Notes: generated by a model not told the origin, from the sequence alone. 39,743 bases of DNA from Candidatus Nomurabacteria bacterium (GCA_031264785.1 JAISDN010000058.1:1-39743); one strand, 5' to 3'; shown: positions 24,641 through 33,774, counted from the stretch's first letter. A program made the numbers and translations.

Positions 24641-25891
24641 ATGTTTTTCAAGAAGAATGATTCAACCAGTAAAAACGACAGATATATCGTGGCGCTCGAC
24701 ATCGGTACAGAGTTTACGAAGGCGCTGATTGCTGAAGTCGACAAGGGCAAGCTGAATATTATTGGCGTGGGGCGGGCTCATCAGGAAATTGGTAATATGT
24801 ATTCCGGGGCGGTGGCCGACATTATGGGCGTGGTTAAAAATTGCGAAAAAGCTCTGACTGAGGCCGAAAATCAGGCCGGTTTGCAGGCTCGTAAGGTGGT
24901 GATTGGTATTGCCGGCGAGTTTGTAAAGGGCATTACTAGCACGATTCGTTATAAGCGGCCGCAAGCCGATAAAAATTTGGATGAGGCCGAAATGGAACTG
25001 ATTATTCATAAAGTTCAAGAGCGGGCCAGCCGCCGGGCCCAAAAACAAATCGCCATCGAGACCGGCAACCCCGACGTCGAGGTCAAGTTGGTGAATTCGG
25101 CGATTGTTAGCATTCATATTGACGGTTATAAAGTCACAAATCCGATTGGTTTTCAGGGGCGCGACGTGGCGATTCAGATTTATACGGCTTTTGCGCCAAT
25201 GGTGCATATTGGGGCGCTGGAGCGGATCGCGGCGGAGCTGGACCTTGATTTGCTAGCGGTGGCGGCCGAGCCGTTTGCGGTGGCACGAGCCGTGCTGGGC
25301 GACGATAGCGATTCGAATTTTACGGCGATTTTGTGCGATATTGGCGGCGGTACAACTGATGTGGCGGTGGTCAATGACGGCGGCGTGGAGGGCACCAAGA
25401 TGTTTGGCGTGGCCGGCCGTAGTTTTACGCGCACTATTGAACACGATTTGAACATTTCTTATGAGGCGGCCGAACGGCTGAAGATTAACATTAATCACCC
25501 CAAAGTTAAGCCTAGTGTCAAAACTCGGCTAGACGAAGCTGTCGACAAAACGCTGGAAGTTTGGATGTCTGGCGTGGAGCTGGCTCTCAGCGAGTTTGAT
25601 GCCATTGACCATCTGCCCAATCGGATTTTGATGTGCGGCGGCGGCTCAAGTTTGGCGGCGCTGATGGAGCGGCTGACGCGCGATAATTGGTATCAAAATC
25701 TGCCGTTTTCGCGGCGACCGAGCGTGCATCATATCAAGCCCAGCGACGTTTGGGGAATTGAGGATGAAACCGGCGATGTTAAAGATCACACTATGATTAC
25801 GGCAATGGGCTTGCTACGCGTTGGATATGATACAATATTTAGTGACGACGAAAGCGTTAAGGGGAAAATTGATAAGATTTTAAGGATTTAA
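24641..25891 (+). CDS. ftsA: Cell division protein FtsA (actin-like ATPase)
   Basis: YIVALDIGTEFTKALIAEV (phosphate 1), VVIGIAGEF, CDIGGGTTDVAVV (phosphate 2), ERLKI, MCGGGSSL (adenosine), and a C-terminal amphipathic KGKIDKILRI. Overall colinear with B. subtilis FtsA from memory. I prefer the ATG at 24641, with TGaTAGAAT 6 nt upstream. Confidence 0.8.
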   Translation: MFFKKNDSTSKNDRYIVALDIGTEFTKALIAEVDKGKLNIIGVGRAHQEIGNMYSGAVADIMGVVKNCEKALTEAENQAGLQARKVVIGIAGEFVKGITSTIRYKRPQADKNLDEAEMELIIHKVQERASRRAQKQIAIETGNPDVEVKLVNSAIVSIHIDGYKVTNPIGFQGRDVAIQIYTAFAPMVHIGALERIAAELDLDLLAVAAEPFAVARAVLGDDSDSNFTAILCDIGGGTTDVAVVNDGGVEGTKMFGVAGRSFTRTIEHDLNISYEAAERLKININHPKVKPSVKTRLDEAVDKTLEVWMSGVELALSEFDAIDHLPNRILMCGGGSSLAALMERLTRDNWYQNLPFSRRPSVHHIKPSDVWGIEDETGDVKDHTMITAMGLLRVGYDTIFSDDESVKGKIDKILRI

Positions 25892-25893
25892 GT

Positions 25894-27510
25894 ATGGAAA
25901 AGAGCAATTATATCGGTAAAAAGTCAGCAATTTATGTCGACATCGACGACGATTTGACGACAATTATTACTAAAGTGCGGGCTTCCAGCGCGGAAATTAT
26001 TGCTTTGGTGCCGCCCAAGCGAGTTGGTTTGTTGCAGAGTGCGGTTAATTTGAAGCTGCTGGCTAAGGCTGCCGGCGACAAAAAGAAGAAATTGATTTTG
26101 ATTACTTCGGATAATGCTTTGGCGATTTTGGCGGCCGGCGCCAAAATTCCGACAGCTCACAGCTTGACCGCCGAGCCGAAACTGGCCGAATTGCCAGAGC
26201 TGGACGAGACCGACGACGTGATTGAGGGCGTGATTGCGCCACAAAAAACCATCATCAAGCAAGTGGACAATAATAAAACTTCGGCGGCCGTCAAAGCCAT
26301 TGCCGACGATGACAAAATCAAGCTGGATGATCTGGACGACGACAGCGATAAAATGCCTATTAAGAAAAAGAAAACCAAGGTACCAAACTTTAACAAGTTT
26401 CGCAAGTTGCTGATTATTGGCATCATTGCTGGCGCGGCGCTGATTGGCGTTTTGATTTGGCTGATATTTTTTGCGACTAGCGCCACAATTACTATTACCG
26501 CCAAAACTTCGGACGAAAAAATCGATCAGCCGATATTTATTTCCACCAGCGGCGAAACTGAGTCGGCCCAAAATAAAATCAAAGCGGTGGTGGTTGATCC
26601 AATTAAAAAAACCATTGAAATTGAGTTTAAGGCCACCGGCAAGCGCGATATTGGCAAGCCGGCCACTGGTGAAATTACGCTGACTTGTAGTTTGGACGCT
26701 TCAATTGGGCCGAGCTGCACGGTGCCCGGAACGGTTAATATCAATGGTAAGGATTATAAAGTTAATTCAAATAACGACCAAATCGCCAGCGGTGGCGGCA
26801 GCGCTAAGTTGCCAGTGACGGCGGCGGACAACGGCGAAAGTTATAACTTATCGGCCGGAGTGCAGATTTCGGTTAATAGTTATTTGACCGGCACAACCGA
26901 GGCGATTTCTGGCGGTGTCAAGAAAACTGAGTATTTTGTAACCAAGTCGGACCTAGACGCGGTCAAAATTAAAGCCGACGCCGAGCAAAAAGACACGACT
27001 GACCAAAAAACGGAATTGGAGAGCCGGTTCGGTTCGGATGTGCGGCCGATTGGCGATAGCTTTAAGACCGAAACCAAGATTTTGTCGCCGGCCGTCAACA
27101 CGGTTGTCAAGCAAGATGAGGTCACGAAGGCTGGCGTGGAAGTGTCTTCGACTATGATTGGGCTGAATAATAACGACCTGAATGCATTGCTGTCCGACGC
27201 CGCGCAAAAGAAAATTAGCGGGATGAACAATCAAGGAATTTTTGACAATGGCTATGGCGGGCTGCAGATTTTGAGTTTTCAATATGGCGACAACGGTGGC
27301 ACGGCGCGCTTGGTGGCGACGGCTAAAGTTGGGCCGAATCTGGACGACGCCAAAATCAAGGAAGAGGCCGTTGGTAAGAAGAAAAATGAGGTCAAAGAGC
27401 TGCTTGAAAAAACTGATGGGGTAGATAGTGTTGAAGTGAATTATTTCCCGTTTTGGGTGACTGTCGCGCCGTCGATTGACAAAATCAAAGTCGAAAAAGT
27501 CGGATTTTAA
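25894..27510 (+). CDS. 538-aa bitopic membrane protein, unknown function (cytoplasmic ~100-aa N-domain, one TM, beta-rich ectodomain)
   Basis: N-domain IYVDIDDDLTTIITKVRASSAEIIALVPPKRVGLLQSAVNLKLLAKAAGDKKKKLILITSDN, TM LLIIGIIAGAALIGVLIWLIFFA, then a long ectodomain. It starts 2 nt after the ftsA stop. From recollection it resembles CPR proteins annotated baseplate-J-like; unverified. Confidence 0.55.
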   Translation: MEKSNYIGKKSAIYVDIDDDLTTIITKVRASSAEIIALVPPKRVGLLQSAVNLKLLAKAAGDKKKKLILITSDNALAILAAGAKIPTAHSLTAEPKLAELPELDETDDVIEGVIAPQKTIIKQVDNNKTSAAVKAIADDDKIKLDDLDDDSDKMPIKKKKTKVPNFNKFRKLLIIGIIAGAALIGVLIWLIFFATSATITITAKTSDEKIDQPIFISTSGETESAQNKIKAVVVDPIKKTIEIEFKATGKRDIGKPATGEITLTCSLDASIGPSCTVPGTVNINGKDYKVNSNNDQIASGGGSAKLPVTAADNGESYNLSAGVQISVNSYLTGTTEAISGGVKKTEYFVTKSDLDAVKIKADAEQKDTTDQKTELESRFGSDVRPIGDSFKTETKILSPAVNTVVKQDEVTKAGVEVSSTMIGLNNNDLNALLSDAAQKKISGMNNQGIFDNGYGGLQILSFQYGDNGGTARLVATAKVGPNLDDAKIKEEAVGKKKNEVKELLEKTDGVDSVEVNYFPFWVTVAPSIDKIKVEKVGF

Positions 27511-27513
27511 TTT

Positions 27514-27942
27514 ATGAAGATTGAAAAGGTCTTAGGGCTGGACGTGGGCGAAAAGCGGATTGGCGTGGCGCTGGGCGATAGCGAGGTGAAGATTGCTGCG
27601 CCGCTGGGGGTGATTTTGAATGGCGAGGACGTGATTTTGGAAATTGAGAAGTTGGTTGGCCAGAAAAATGTCGATAAAATTGTGGTTGGTTTGCCGCGTA
27701 ATGCCGGCGGGGTAGAAACTCAGCAGTCAGCTTATGTGCGCGATTTTAGCGAGCGATTATTGCCCTTGAATTTGCCGATTATTTTTCAGGACGAATCTTT
27801 GACCTCTGTTGAGGCTGAAAATACGTTGTATAAATTACAACGTAGTAAAAATTACAACAATATTGCTAAAGGTGAGATTGACGCCCGAGCAGCAGCTCTG
27901 ATTTTGCAAGATTTTTTGGAGGCCGAATATGCAAAGAAATAA
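27514..27942 (+). CDS. ruvX: Holliday-junction-resolvase-like nuclease RuvX/YqgF
   Basis: LGLDVGEKRIGVALGD N-terminal motif, 142 aa, ...DESLTSVEAE..., IDARAAALILQDFL. Confidence 0.88.
   Translation: MKIEKVLGLDVGEKRIGVALGDSEVKIAAPLGVILNGEDVILEIEKLVGQKNVDKIVVGLPRNAGGVETQQSAYVRDFSERLLPLNLPIIFQDESLTSVEAENTLYKLQRSKNYNNIAKGEIDARAAALILQDFLEAEYAKK
27825..27858. repeat. Tandem pair of GTTGTA-N5-TACAAC-type palindromes inside the 3' end of ruvX, ~70 nt upstream of the mltG start
   Basis: GTTGTAtaaatTACAAC (27825-27841) is followed directly by GTAGTAaaaatTACAAC (27842-27858). Same motif as the ftsA-upstream units. Confidence 0.7.
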
Positions 27943-28966
27943 GCAGAATTTTTGGCAGAAACTGTCGCCGCGTAAGCAGGTTTTATTAGTAATTGTTGGG
28001 GCATTGTTGATTTTGGCATCTTTTTTCACGGTTTGGTTGGTGCCAAATCTGCAGCCGCTGGACAGTGAAAATCAAAACTCGGTCAAAGTCGAAATTCGTT
28101 CCGGCGCGTCGATTGAGGAGGTGGCGGTGGTTTTGGGCGACAAGCAGCTGATCCGCAGCAACTTGGCTTACATTATGTATTCGCGGCTGACTTTTGCCAG
28201 GATTGAGGCCGGTATGCACGAGATTTCGCCGTCGATGTCGCTGCCGGAAATTGCCTCGATTTTGGGTGCGGCCAAAAAAGATAGTTTTTCGATTACTATC
28301 ACACCAGAGGCGAATATTTTGGAGCTGAAAGAGCTTTTCAAAAAATACGATTTTACGGAGGCGGAAATTGAAGCGGCTTTTGCCGAAAAATACGTTCACG
28401 CGCTGCTGCTCGACAAGCCGGCCGGAATTGATTTGGAAGGTTATATTTTTCCCGATACTTACGAAATGCACACGGCCGACTCGCTGGAATCGCTGTTTGA
28501 GCGCTCGTTTGACAACCTCTACAACAAACTGCAGGCCGACGGCAGTTTGGGCTTGGCGCGCTCCAAAGGTTTGTCGATTTTTGAACTGTTGACGCTGGCT
28601 TCGATTGTTGGTAAAGAGGCGCCCGGCGTTACCGATCAAAAGATTATTGCTGGCGTGTTTTGGAATCGTCTGGATAAAAAAATGCCGCTCGGTTCGGATG
28701 TGACTTTTAAATACGCTTATAAAATGGGCTATTGCAAGGAAGATTCGCCAAGTTGCCAGTCGGCTTGGAACACGCGAATTCACACCGGTTTGCCGCCCGG
28801 TCCAATCGCTAATATGAATTATGAAACTATTCAAGCGGTTTTGAAGCCGACCGAAAGTGACTATTTGTATTTTGTGGCCGGCGACGATGGCAAGATTTAT
28901 TATGCTAGCACTGACGAGGGCCATCAGCAAAATGTCGCCAATTATTGCACGAAATTGTGTCAATAG
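27929..28966 (+). CDS. mltG: Endolytic murein transglycosylase MltG (YceG family)
   Basis: N-terminal TM, LysM-like fold region, GVFWNRLDKKMPLGSDVTFKYA, WNTRIHTGLPPGPIAN, YLYFVA...G..YYAST.EH. Overlaps ruvX by 14 nt. Confidence 0.88.
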   Translation: MQRNKQNFWQKLSPRKQVLLVIVGALLILASFFTVWLVPNLQPLDSENQNSVKVEIRSGASIEEVAVVLGDKQLIRSNLAYIMYSRLTFARIEAGMHEISPSMSLPEIASILGAAKKDSFSITITPEANILELKELFKKYDFTEAEIEAAFAEKYVHALLLDKPAGIDLEGYIFPDTYEMHTADSLESLFERSFDNLYNKLQADGSLGLARSKGLSIFELLTLASIVGKEAPGVTDQKIIAGVFWNRLDKKMPLGSDVTFKYAYKMGYCKEDSPSCQSAWNTRIHTGLPPGPIANMNYETIQAVLKPTESDYLYFVAGDDGKIYYASTDEGHQQNVANYCTKLCQ

Positions 28967-29010
28967 TTGGCTTTCTGGCGATTTTTGTGGTAAAATGGTA
29001 GGGCTTTATT

Positions 29011-30102
29011 ATGAGTAGTATTTTTGAAAAAATGAGTGGGAAATGGCATAGCCTCAACCGACGAGGTCAGCGCCGCGCGATGGCGGTTGGCTATAGTTTG
29101 AGTTTGCTGGCTCTTTTGGTGGTTTTGGCGATTTTTTATCAGTCGCCGAGCGGTATGGAAACCGGCGTGGTTTTGAACGACGGCGGCACTAAAAACGCCT
29201 ATTTGGAACAGACCAAAGAGGTTGAAGTAGTGGTGGACGTGGCGGCACAGGCCCGGCTGTCGACGGCTAATAACGTGGCCGAGCGGGCGATTTCGGTGGT
29301 GACCAAAAGCGAATTGGCCCAAAACGACGAAACTGTGATTTCCAAACCGGTGCTGTCGGCGGATAGCACCAACAATTCGATTACTAAATATGTGGCGGTG
29401 GCTGGCGACAACGTGGCCAAAATTGCTACGATGTTTGGCATTAGCGAGCAGACAGTCAAATGGGCTAATAATTTGACGGGGAATAGCGTGGCGGTCGGCG
29501 CGACGTTGGTGATTCCGGTGGTGGACGGCGTGGTTTATAAAGTCAAATCCGGCGATTCGCTAAAAAGTTTGGCCAAAAAATATCGCGGCTCGGCTAGTTT
29601 GATTGCTTCTCAAAATAATATTACTGGCGCGCTAAAGGCCGGCGAGGTGATTGTGATTCCAAATGGCGTGCTGCCGCAAAACGAGCGGCCGGGTTATGCC
29701 GCGCCGTCTAATAATCCGTCATATGGCGTCAATTCTTATTTTGCTAGCAATTATACCCTGAACATTGGCACCAGCAAGGCCGGCAACAACTATTCCTATG
29801 GCTACTGCACGTGGTATGCCTACAATCGCCGCGTCGAACTGGGCAAAGCCGCTTATCGCAGCTTGGGCAACGCCAACACGTGGGACGATCGTTCGCGCGC
29901 CGCTGGCATTACCGTCAGCAGCAAACCCATCGCTGGCGCAATCTTCCAAACCGACGCCGGCTATTACGGCCACGTTGGCATTGTGGAAAGCGTCAACCCC
30001 GACGGCACCATCAACATCTCTGATATGAACGGCATCGCTGGCTGGAATCGAGTTGGCTTTAGAAATAACGTCAGTCCGTATAGTTATACGTATATTTACT
30101 AG
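29011..30102 (+). CDS. Secreted peptidoglycan hydrolase: 2x LysM plus a C-terminal CHAP (NlpC/P60-superfamily) domain
   Basis: TM/signal LSLLALLVVLAIF. LysM repeats YVAVAGDNVAKIATMFGISEQTVKWANNL and YKVKSGDSLKSLAKKYRGSASLIASQNNI. CHAP motifs YGYCTWYAY (Cys) and GHVGIVESV (His). Confidence 0.85.
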   Translation: MSSIFEKMSGKWHSLNRRGQRRAMAVGYSLSLLALLVVLAIFYQSPSGMETGVVLNDGGTKNAYLEQTKEVEVVVDVAAQARLSTANNVAERAISVVTKSELAQNDETVISKPVLSADSTNNSITKYVAVAGDNVAKIATMFGISEQTVKWANNLTGNSVAVGATLVIPVVDGVVYKVKSGDSLKSLAKKYRGSASLIASQNNITGALKAGEVIVIPNGVLPQNERPGYAAPSNNPSYGVNSYFASNYTLNIGTSKAGNNYSYGYCTWYAYNRRVELGKAAYRSLGNANTWDDRSRAAGITVSSKPIAGAIFQTDAGYYGHVGIVESVNPDGTINISDMNGIAGWNRVGFRNNVSPYSYTYIY

Positions 30103-30106
30103 CCTT

Positions 30107-30177
30107 GTCATTCCGGACTTGATCCGGAATCCAGAAATAAAACAACGTCTAGATTCCGGCTCGGAGGCCGGAATGAC
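30107..30177. repeat. Two inverted GTCATTCCGG-family units (MITE/REP-like) 3' of the hydrolase gene
   Basis: GTCATTCCGGACttgaTCCGGAATCCAG (30107-30134) ... CTAGATTCCGGCtcggagGCCGGAATGAC (30149-30177). Termini GTCATTCCGG/CCGGAATGAC are exact inverted repeats. Confidence 0.85.
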
Positions 30178-30220
30178 AAAGAAGTTCAGCATCTTTAGGG
30201 CAGCGAATAATAAATAAAAT

Positions 30221-30254
30221 AAAAAAATCGCCCCCAAAAGCTGGGGCGATTTTT
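30221..30254. terminator. Bidirectional intrinsic terminator between the convergent hydrolase and MIP genes
   Basis: A7-ATCGCCCC-caaaagct-GGGGCGAT-T5: an 8-bp GC-rich stem flanked by an A-run and a T-run. Confidence 0.8.
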
Positions 30255-30270
30255 AATTCAAGGGTTTATT

Positions 30271-31263
30271 TTATTTTTTATGACAATCGCAGCTGCAATC
30301 GCCACCCTCACAACAATCGCACGAATCTTTTAGTAAGAAGCGATAGCCGGTGATGCCGATGATGACGCCGGCGATGGTAGCGACGACGTAGGTGATGATG
30401 GGCCACATAATGTCGGTGGCATTCCATTCAGCACCGGTGAAGCCCCAGCCGTGCGCAAACGAACCAAGCGCGCCAGCGATGGCTGGATTTAGGATGACTG
30501 TTGAACCGCCAACCACGATACCGGCAAACAGACCGAAGCCTAGCGCCAAAGCTTTGATGATTGGTTTGTGAGCTTTCAAATATGCTACACCCGCGCCCAA
30601 GCCAAAGATGACTGCACCGACTAATTCGGAGAAGAAGGCCGCCAAGCCGTTGCCGCTGATGTTGTTGTCGACAAAGGTTGTGACGCCGATTCGCTCCGCC
30701 ATTTCGGCGATGCTGCTAAAGCCGTTAGACTTAGCAAATTCTAACAAGCCGCCAGCTTCGTCGATCATTTCTTGGGTCAAGCCTTGTTTGTTGATTAGGT
30801 TGTCAATAATTAGCGCTTCCGAGCCGCCAAACAGATCAATGCCGTTGGCCGCCGCGAAGATCGCTTTGAAAACCAAAAATGCTAAAACCGCACCCACTAC
30901 TTGGGCCACGATATAAAGCAGAGTTTTGACGCCGCCGATTTTGCGATTTGCCCACAGAGCAATCGTGATGGCGGGGTTGAAATGGGCCCGGCTAATGACA
31001 CCAAAGATAACCACTAAGGCGATTAGAACTAAGGCAATGCCAATTATGCCGGTTGTGCCGCCGGCGAACAGTGCGAAAAACGCACCGGTCAAAGTGAACG
31101 TGCCGATTAACTCGGCAATCAGCGCACTTGGTCGCGGCATCTTGCTTTCTTCAACTTTTTTGATCTCGGCAGCTTTGGCCGCCGCTGTCTTTCGTGTTGG
31201 TTTTGCACCAGTTTTTTTGGCCGGCGTTTTTTTACGCGCCGTAGTAGCCTTTCTTGTGGCCAT
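30271..31263 (-). CDS. MIP-family channel (aquaporin/glycerol-facilitator-like) with a basic N-terminal tail, a large loop insertion and a Cys-rich C-terminal tail
   Basis: Two NPA boxes (HFNPAITIA and ILNPAIAGA) and about six TM helices. N-terminus MATRKATTARKKTPAKKTGAKPTRKTAAAKAAEIKK. C-terminus CDCCEGGDCSCDCHKK. AAGGAGG RBS. Confidence 0.8.
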   Translation of the reverse strand: MATRKATTARKKTPAKKTGAKPTRKTAAAKAAEIKKVEESKMPRPSALIAELIGTFTLTGAFFALFAGGTTGIIGIALVLIALVVIFGVISRAHFNPAITIALWANRKIGGVKTLLYIVAQVVGAVLAFLVFKAIFAAANGIDLFGGSEALIIDNLINKQGLTQEMIDEAGGLLEFAKSNGFSSIAEMAERIGVTTFVDNNISGNGLAAFFSELVGAVIFGLGAGVAYLKAHKPIIKALALGFGLFAGIVVGGSTVILNPAIAGALGSFAHGWGFTGAEWNATDIMWPIITYVVATIAGVIIGITGYRFLLKDSCDCCEGGDCSCDCHKK

Positions 31264-31362
31264 TATTTTTTACCTCCTTTAATTTATATGATCACAGTAT
31301 AGCATATTTTTATTTTTAACAAAAGTTTTATCTTTTGTAGATTTAGTAGTAAAATGATTGAT

Positions 31363-31617
31363 ATGGGATTATTTGTAACCGATCAAGGCAATCGCTCGGA
31401 GCTGCAGGAAAAACTAGCGGCCGAGTTGCGAGCTAAACTAGCCAGTCAATCAAAAGATGTCGATATTGATCCGCCGGAAATTCCGGACGGCGTTAAAGAC
31501 AGCGCCTATGTCAAAGATTTTGAAAAAAAATCTGGCAGTAACGGGCGAATGACGGCGCTGATTATTATTGGCGTGGTGATTATGGCGTTGGCAATTTTGG
31601 TTTTTATAGCCAGTTAG
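31363..31617 (+). CDS. Small tail-anchored membrane protein, unknown function
   Basis: MGLFVTDQGNRSELQEKLAAELRAKL... with a C-terminal TM ALIIIGVVIMALAILVFIA. TAAAAT (31350-31355) lies 7 nt upstream of the ATG at 31363. The stop overlaps the pcrA stop. Confidence 0.5.
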   Translation: MGLFVTDQGNRSELQEKLAAELRAKLASQSKDVDIDPPEIPDGVKDSAYVKDFEKKSGSNGRMTALIIIGVVIMALAILVFIAS

Positions 31618-33755
31618 ATTTTTTCCAACGGGGCAAAGGCGACGTTGAGTTTTTTGATGCCGGTTGGGAATTTGACCGAAACCACCGAACCGTCGATGGC
31701 TTCAACAAAGCCGACGCCAAAAATTTGGTGTTTAACTTTGTCGCTGATTTTTAGGTCGATTTCGTCCGGCACAAAAGTCGGCTCATCTGTAAGGCTGTCC
31801 GGCTTAGCATAGTCATTATAAGTCGAAACATTTTCGGCGCTAATGGGCGAAAGATTTCCGTCAACGTCGCTCAGGAAACGCGACGGCAGATTATTTTGAA
31901 AATTACCATACAACAAACGTTGGCTGGCAGCCGTCAAAATCAACTCTTCTTTGGCGCGCGTCATACCAACATAAGCCAGCCGCCGCTCCTCTTCCATTTC
32001 GCTTGGTTCAAAAGTGGCGCGGGCTAGCGGAAAAACACCTTCTTCCATTCCAACCATAAACACCACCGGAAATTCCAAGCCTTTGGCGGCGTGCAATGTC
32101 ATCATAGTGACGGCGTCGCCGTTGTTGCTGGTATCGGCCGACGACACCAATGCCACTTCTTCCAAAAATTCCGGCAAAGCCGTAAATTCTTTGGCCACCG
32201 ACAATAATTCATTGACGTTTTCAATCCGGGTTTCGGCCTGCACCGAGCCGTCGTCCAAATATTGCAAATATTCAATTTTTTTAAGCAAACTTCGAATCAA
32301 ATCTTCTGGCGTTTCGGCCGCGTATAACTTGTATAACTTTTCCAACTTTTCTCCCAAAGCCTGTAAATTGGTAACAGCTCGCGTTTGCAAGCCGGTAATT
32401 TCGTCAGCGTGCAAAATTGTGGCAATAAAATCCGCGCCGGTTTGTTCTTGATGTTCCAAAACTTTAGCCACCGAAGTGCCGCCCAGCCCGCGTCGCGGCA
32501 CGTTCACAATCCGCATAAAACTGGCGCGGTCAAATGGCTGGTAAATTAGTTTCAAATAAGCCAAAACATCCTTAATTTCGGCGCGGTCATAAAAGCGCGT
32601 GCCGCCAACAATTTTGTAAGGCACGCTATAACGCATAAAAATTTCTTCCAGCGCCCGACTCTGGGCGTTGGTGCGATACAGCACCGCAAAATCGTGATAT
32701 TGACGCGCGCCGATTTCCTGCAACGGCTTGATGTGATTGATTAAAATTTCGGCTTCGTGCAGCTCGTTTTGGGCAAACAAAATCCGCACCGGCGTGCCGC
32801 CTTTTTTGGCTGTCCAAAGTTTTTTGTCAGAGCGTTGCTGGTTGTGCTGGATCACCATATGGGCGGCGTTTAAAATCGCTTCGGTTGAACGATAATTTTG
32901 CTCCAATTTAATAATTTTGGCGCCCGCAAAATCGCGTTCAAAATTCAGGATATTGGTAAAATCCGCGCCGCGCCAAGAATAAATCGATTGCCAATCGTCG
33001 CCCACGGCGCAAATGTTTTGGTCGGAATTTACCAGCAGCTTGATAATTTTATACTGCGCCTTGTTGGTATCTTGATATTCGTCAATCAAAATGTGTTGAA
33101 TAGTTTTTTGCAAATTTTCGCGCACGGCTTTGACGGTTTGTAGTAAATTGACAGTTTCCAAAAGCAGGTCATCAAAATCGAGCGCTTTGCCGTCACGTCG
33201 CATTTTTTCATATTTTGGATAAATCTCGGCCGCGACTTGTTGGGCCGGCGTGCTGGCAATGGCCGCGTATTCGGAAGGGGACAGGCAGTCGTTTTTGGCG
33301 TTTGAAATATAATTCGCCATCGAACCAACCGAATATTGCTTGTCGGTCAAACCGATTTTTTTCATAACTTGTTTGATCAAACTTTGTTTGTCGCTTTCGT
33401 CCAAAATCACAAAATTTTTAGGAATAGCAATATTTTCGCCCCACTGCCGCAGAATCCGCACCGCAATCGAGTGAAAAGTGCCCATAAAAGGCATAAAGGC
33501 CCGATTTTCGGCGTTTTGATTCAGTAGTTTGGCCAGTCGTTCGCGCATTTCCTTCGCTGCCTTGTTAGTAAAAGTCACCGCCATAATCTGGCTAGGCGCG
33601 ACATTCTCGGCGCTAATCAAATAAGCAATCCGGTGCGTCAAAGTCTTAGTTTTGCCGCTGCCAGCGCCGGCCAAAATCAAAAGCGGCCCCCTTTTATGTA
33701 GCACAGCCTGTTTTTGTTGGTCGTTTAAGCCCTCCAATAATTTATTTTTGTCCAT
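31614..33755 (-). CDS. pcrA: ATP-dependent DNA helicase PcrA/UvrD
   Basis: LNDQQKQAV, AGAGSGKTKTLTHRIAYLI (Walker A), ILIDEYQDTN, and the VGDDWQSIYSWRGA and TLHAAKGLEFPVVF motifs. 713 aa. Confidence 0.93.
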   Translation of the reverse strand: MDKNKLLEGLNDQQKQAVLHKRGPLLILAGAGSGKTKTLTHRIAYLISAENVAPSQIMAVTFTNKAAKEMRERLAKLLNQNAENRAFMPFMGTFHSIAVRILRQWGENIAIPKNFVILDESDKQSLIKQVMKKIGLTDKQYSVGSMANYISNAKNDCLSPSEYAAIASTPAQQVAAEIYPKYEKMRRDGKALDFDDLLLETVNLLQTVKAVRENLQKTIQHILIDEYQDTNKAQYKIIKLLVNSDQNICAVGDDWQSIYSWRGADFTNILNFERDFAGAKIIKLEQNYRSTEAILNAAHMVIQHNQQRSDKKLWTAKKGGTPVRILFAQNELHEAEILINHIKPLQEIGARQYHDFAVLYRTNAQSRALEEIFMRYSVPYKIVGGTRFYDRAEIKDVLAYLKLIYQPFDRASFMRIVNVPRRGLGGTSVAKVLEHQEQTGADFIATILHADEITGLQTRAVTNLQALGEKLEKLYKLYAAETPEDLIRSLLKKIEYLQYLDDGSVQAETRIENVNELLSVAKEFTALPEFLEEVALVSSADTSNNGDAVTMMTLHAAKGLEFPVVFMVGMEEGVFPLARATFEPSEMEEERRLAYVGMTRAKEELILTAASQRLLYGNFQNNLPSRFLSDVDGNLSPISAENVSTYNDYAKPDSLTDEPTFVPDEIDLKISDKVKHQIFGVGFVEAIDGSVVSVKFPTGIKKLNVAFAPLEKI

Positions 33756-33774
33756 ACATAACTATAATAGCACA

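Noticed and set aside
5785-30177. GTCATTCCGG repeats as a possible CRISPR array
   Set aside because: The copies are dispersed over 25 kb rather than regularly spaced with short unique spacers. The units are self-palindromic and variable in length, and no cas genes are present.
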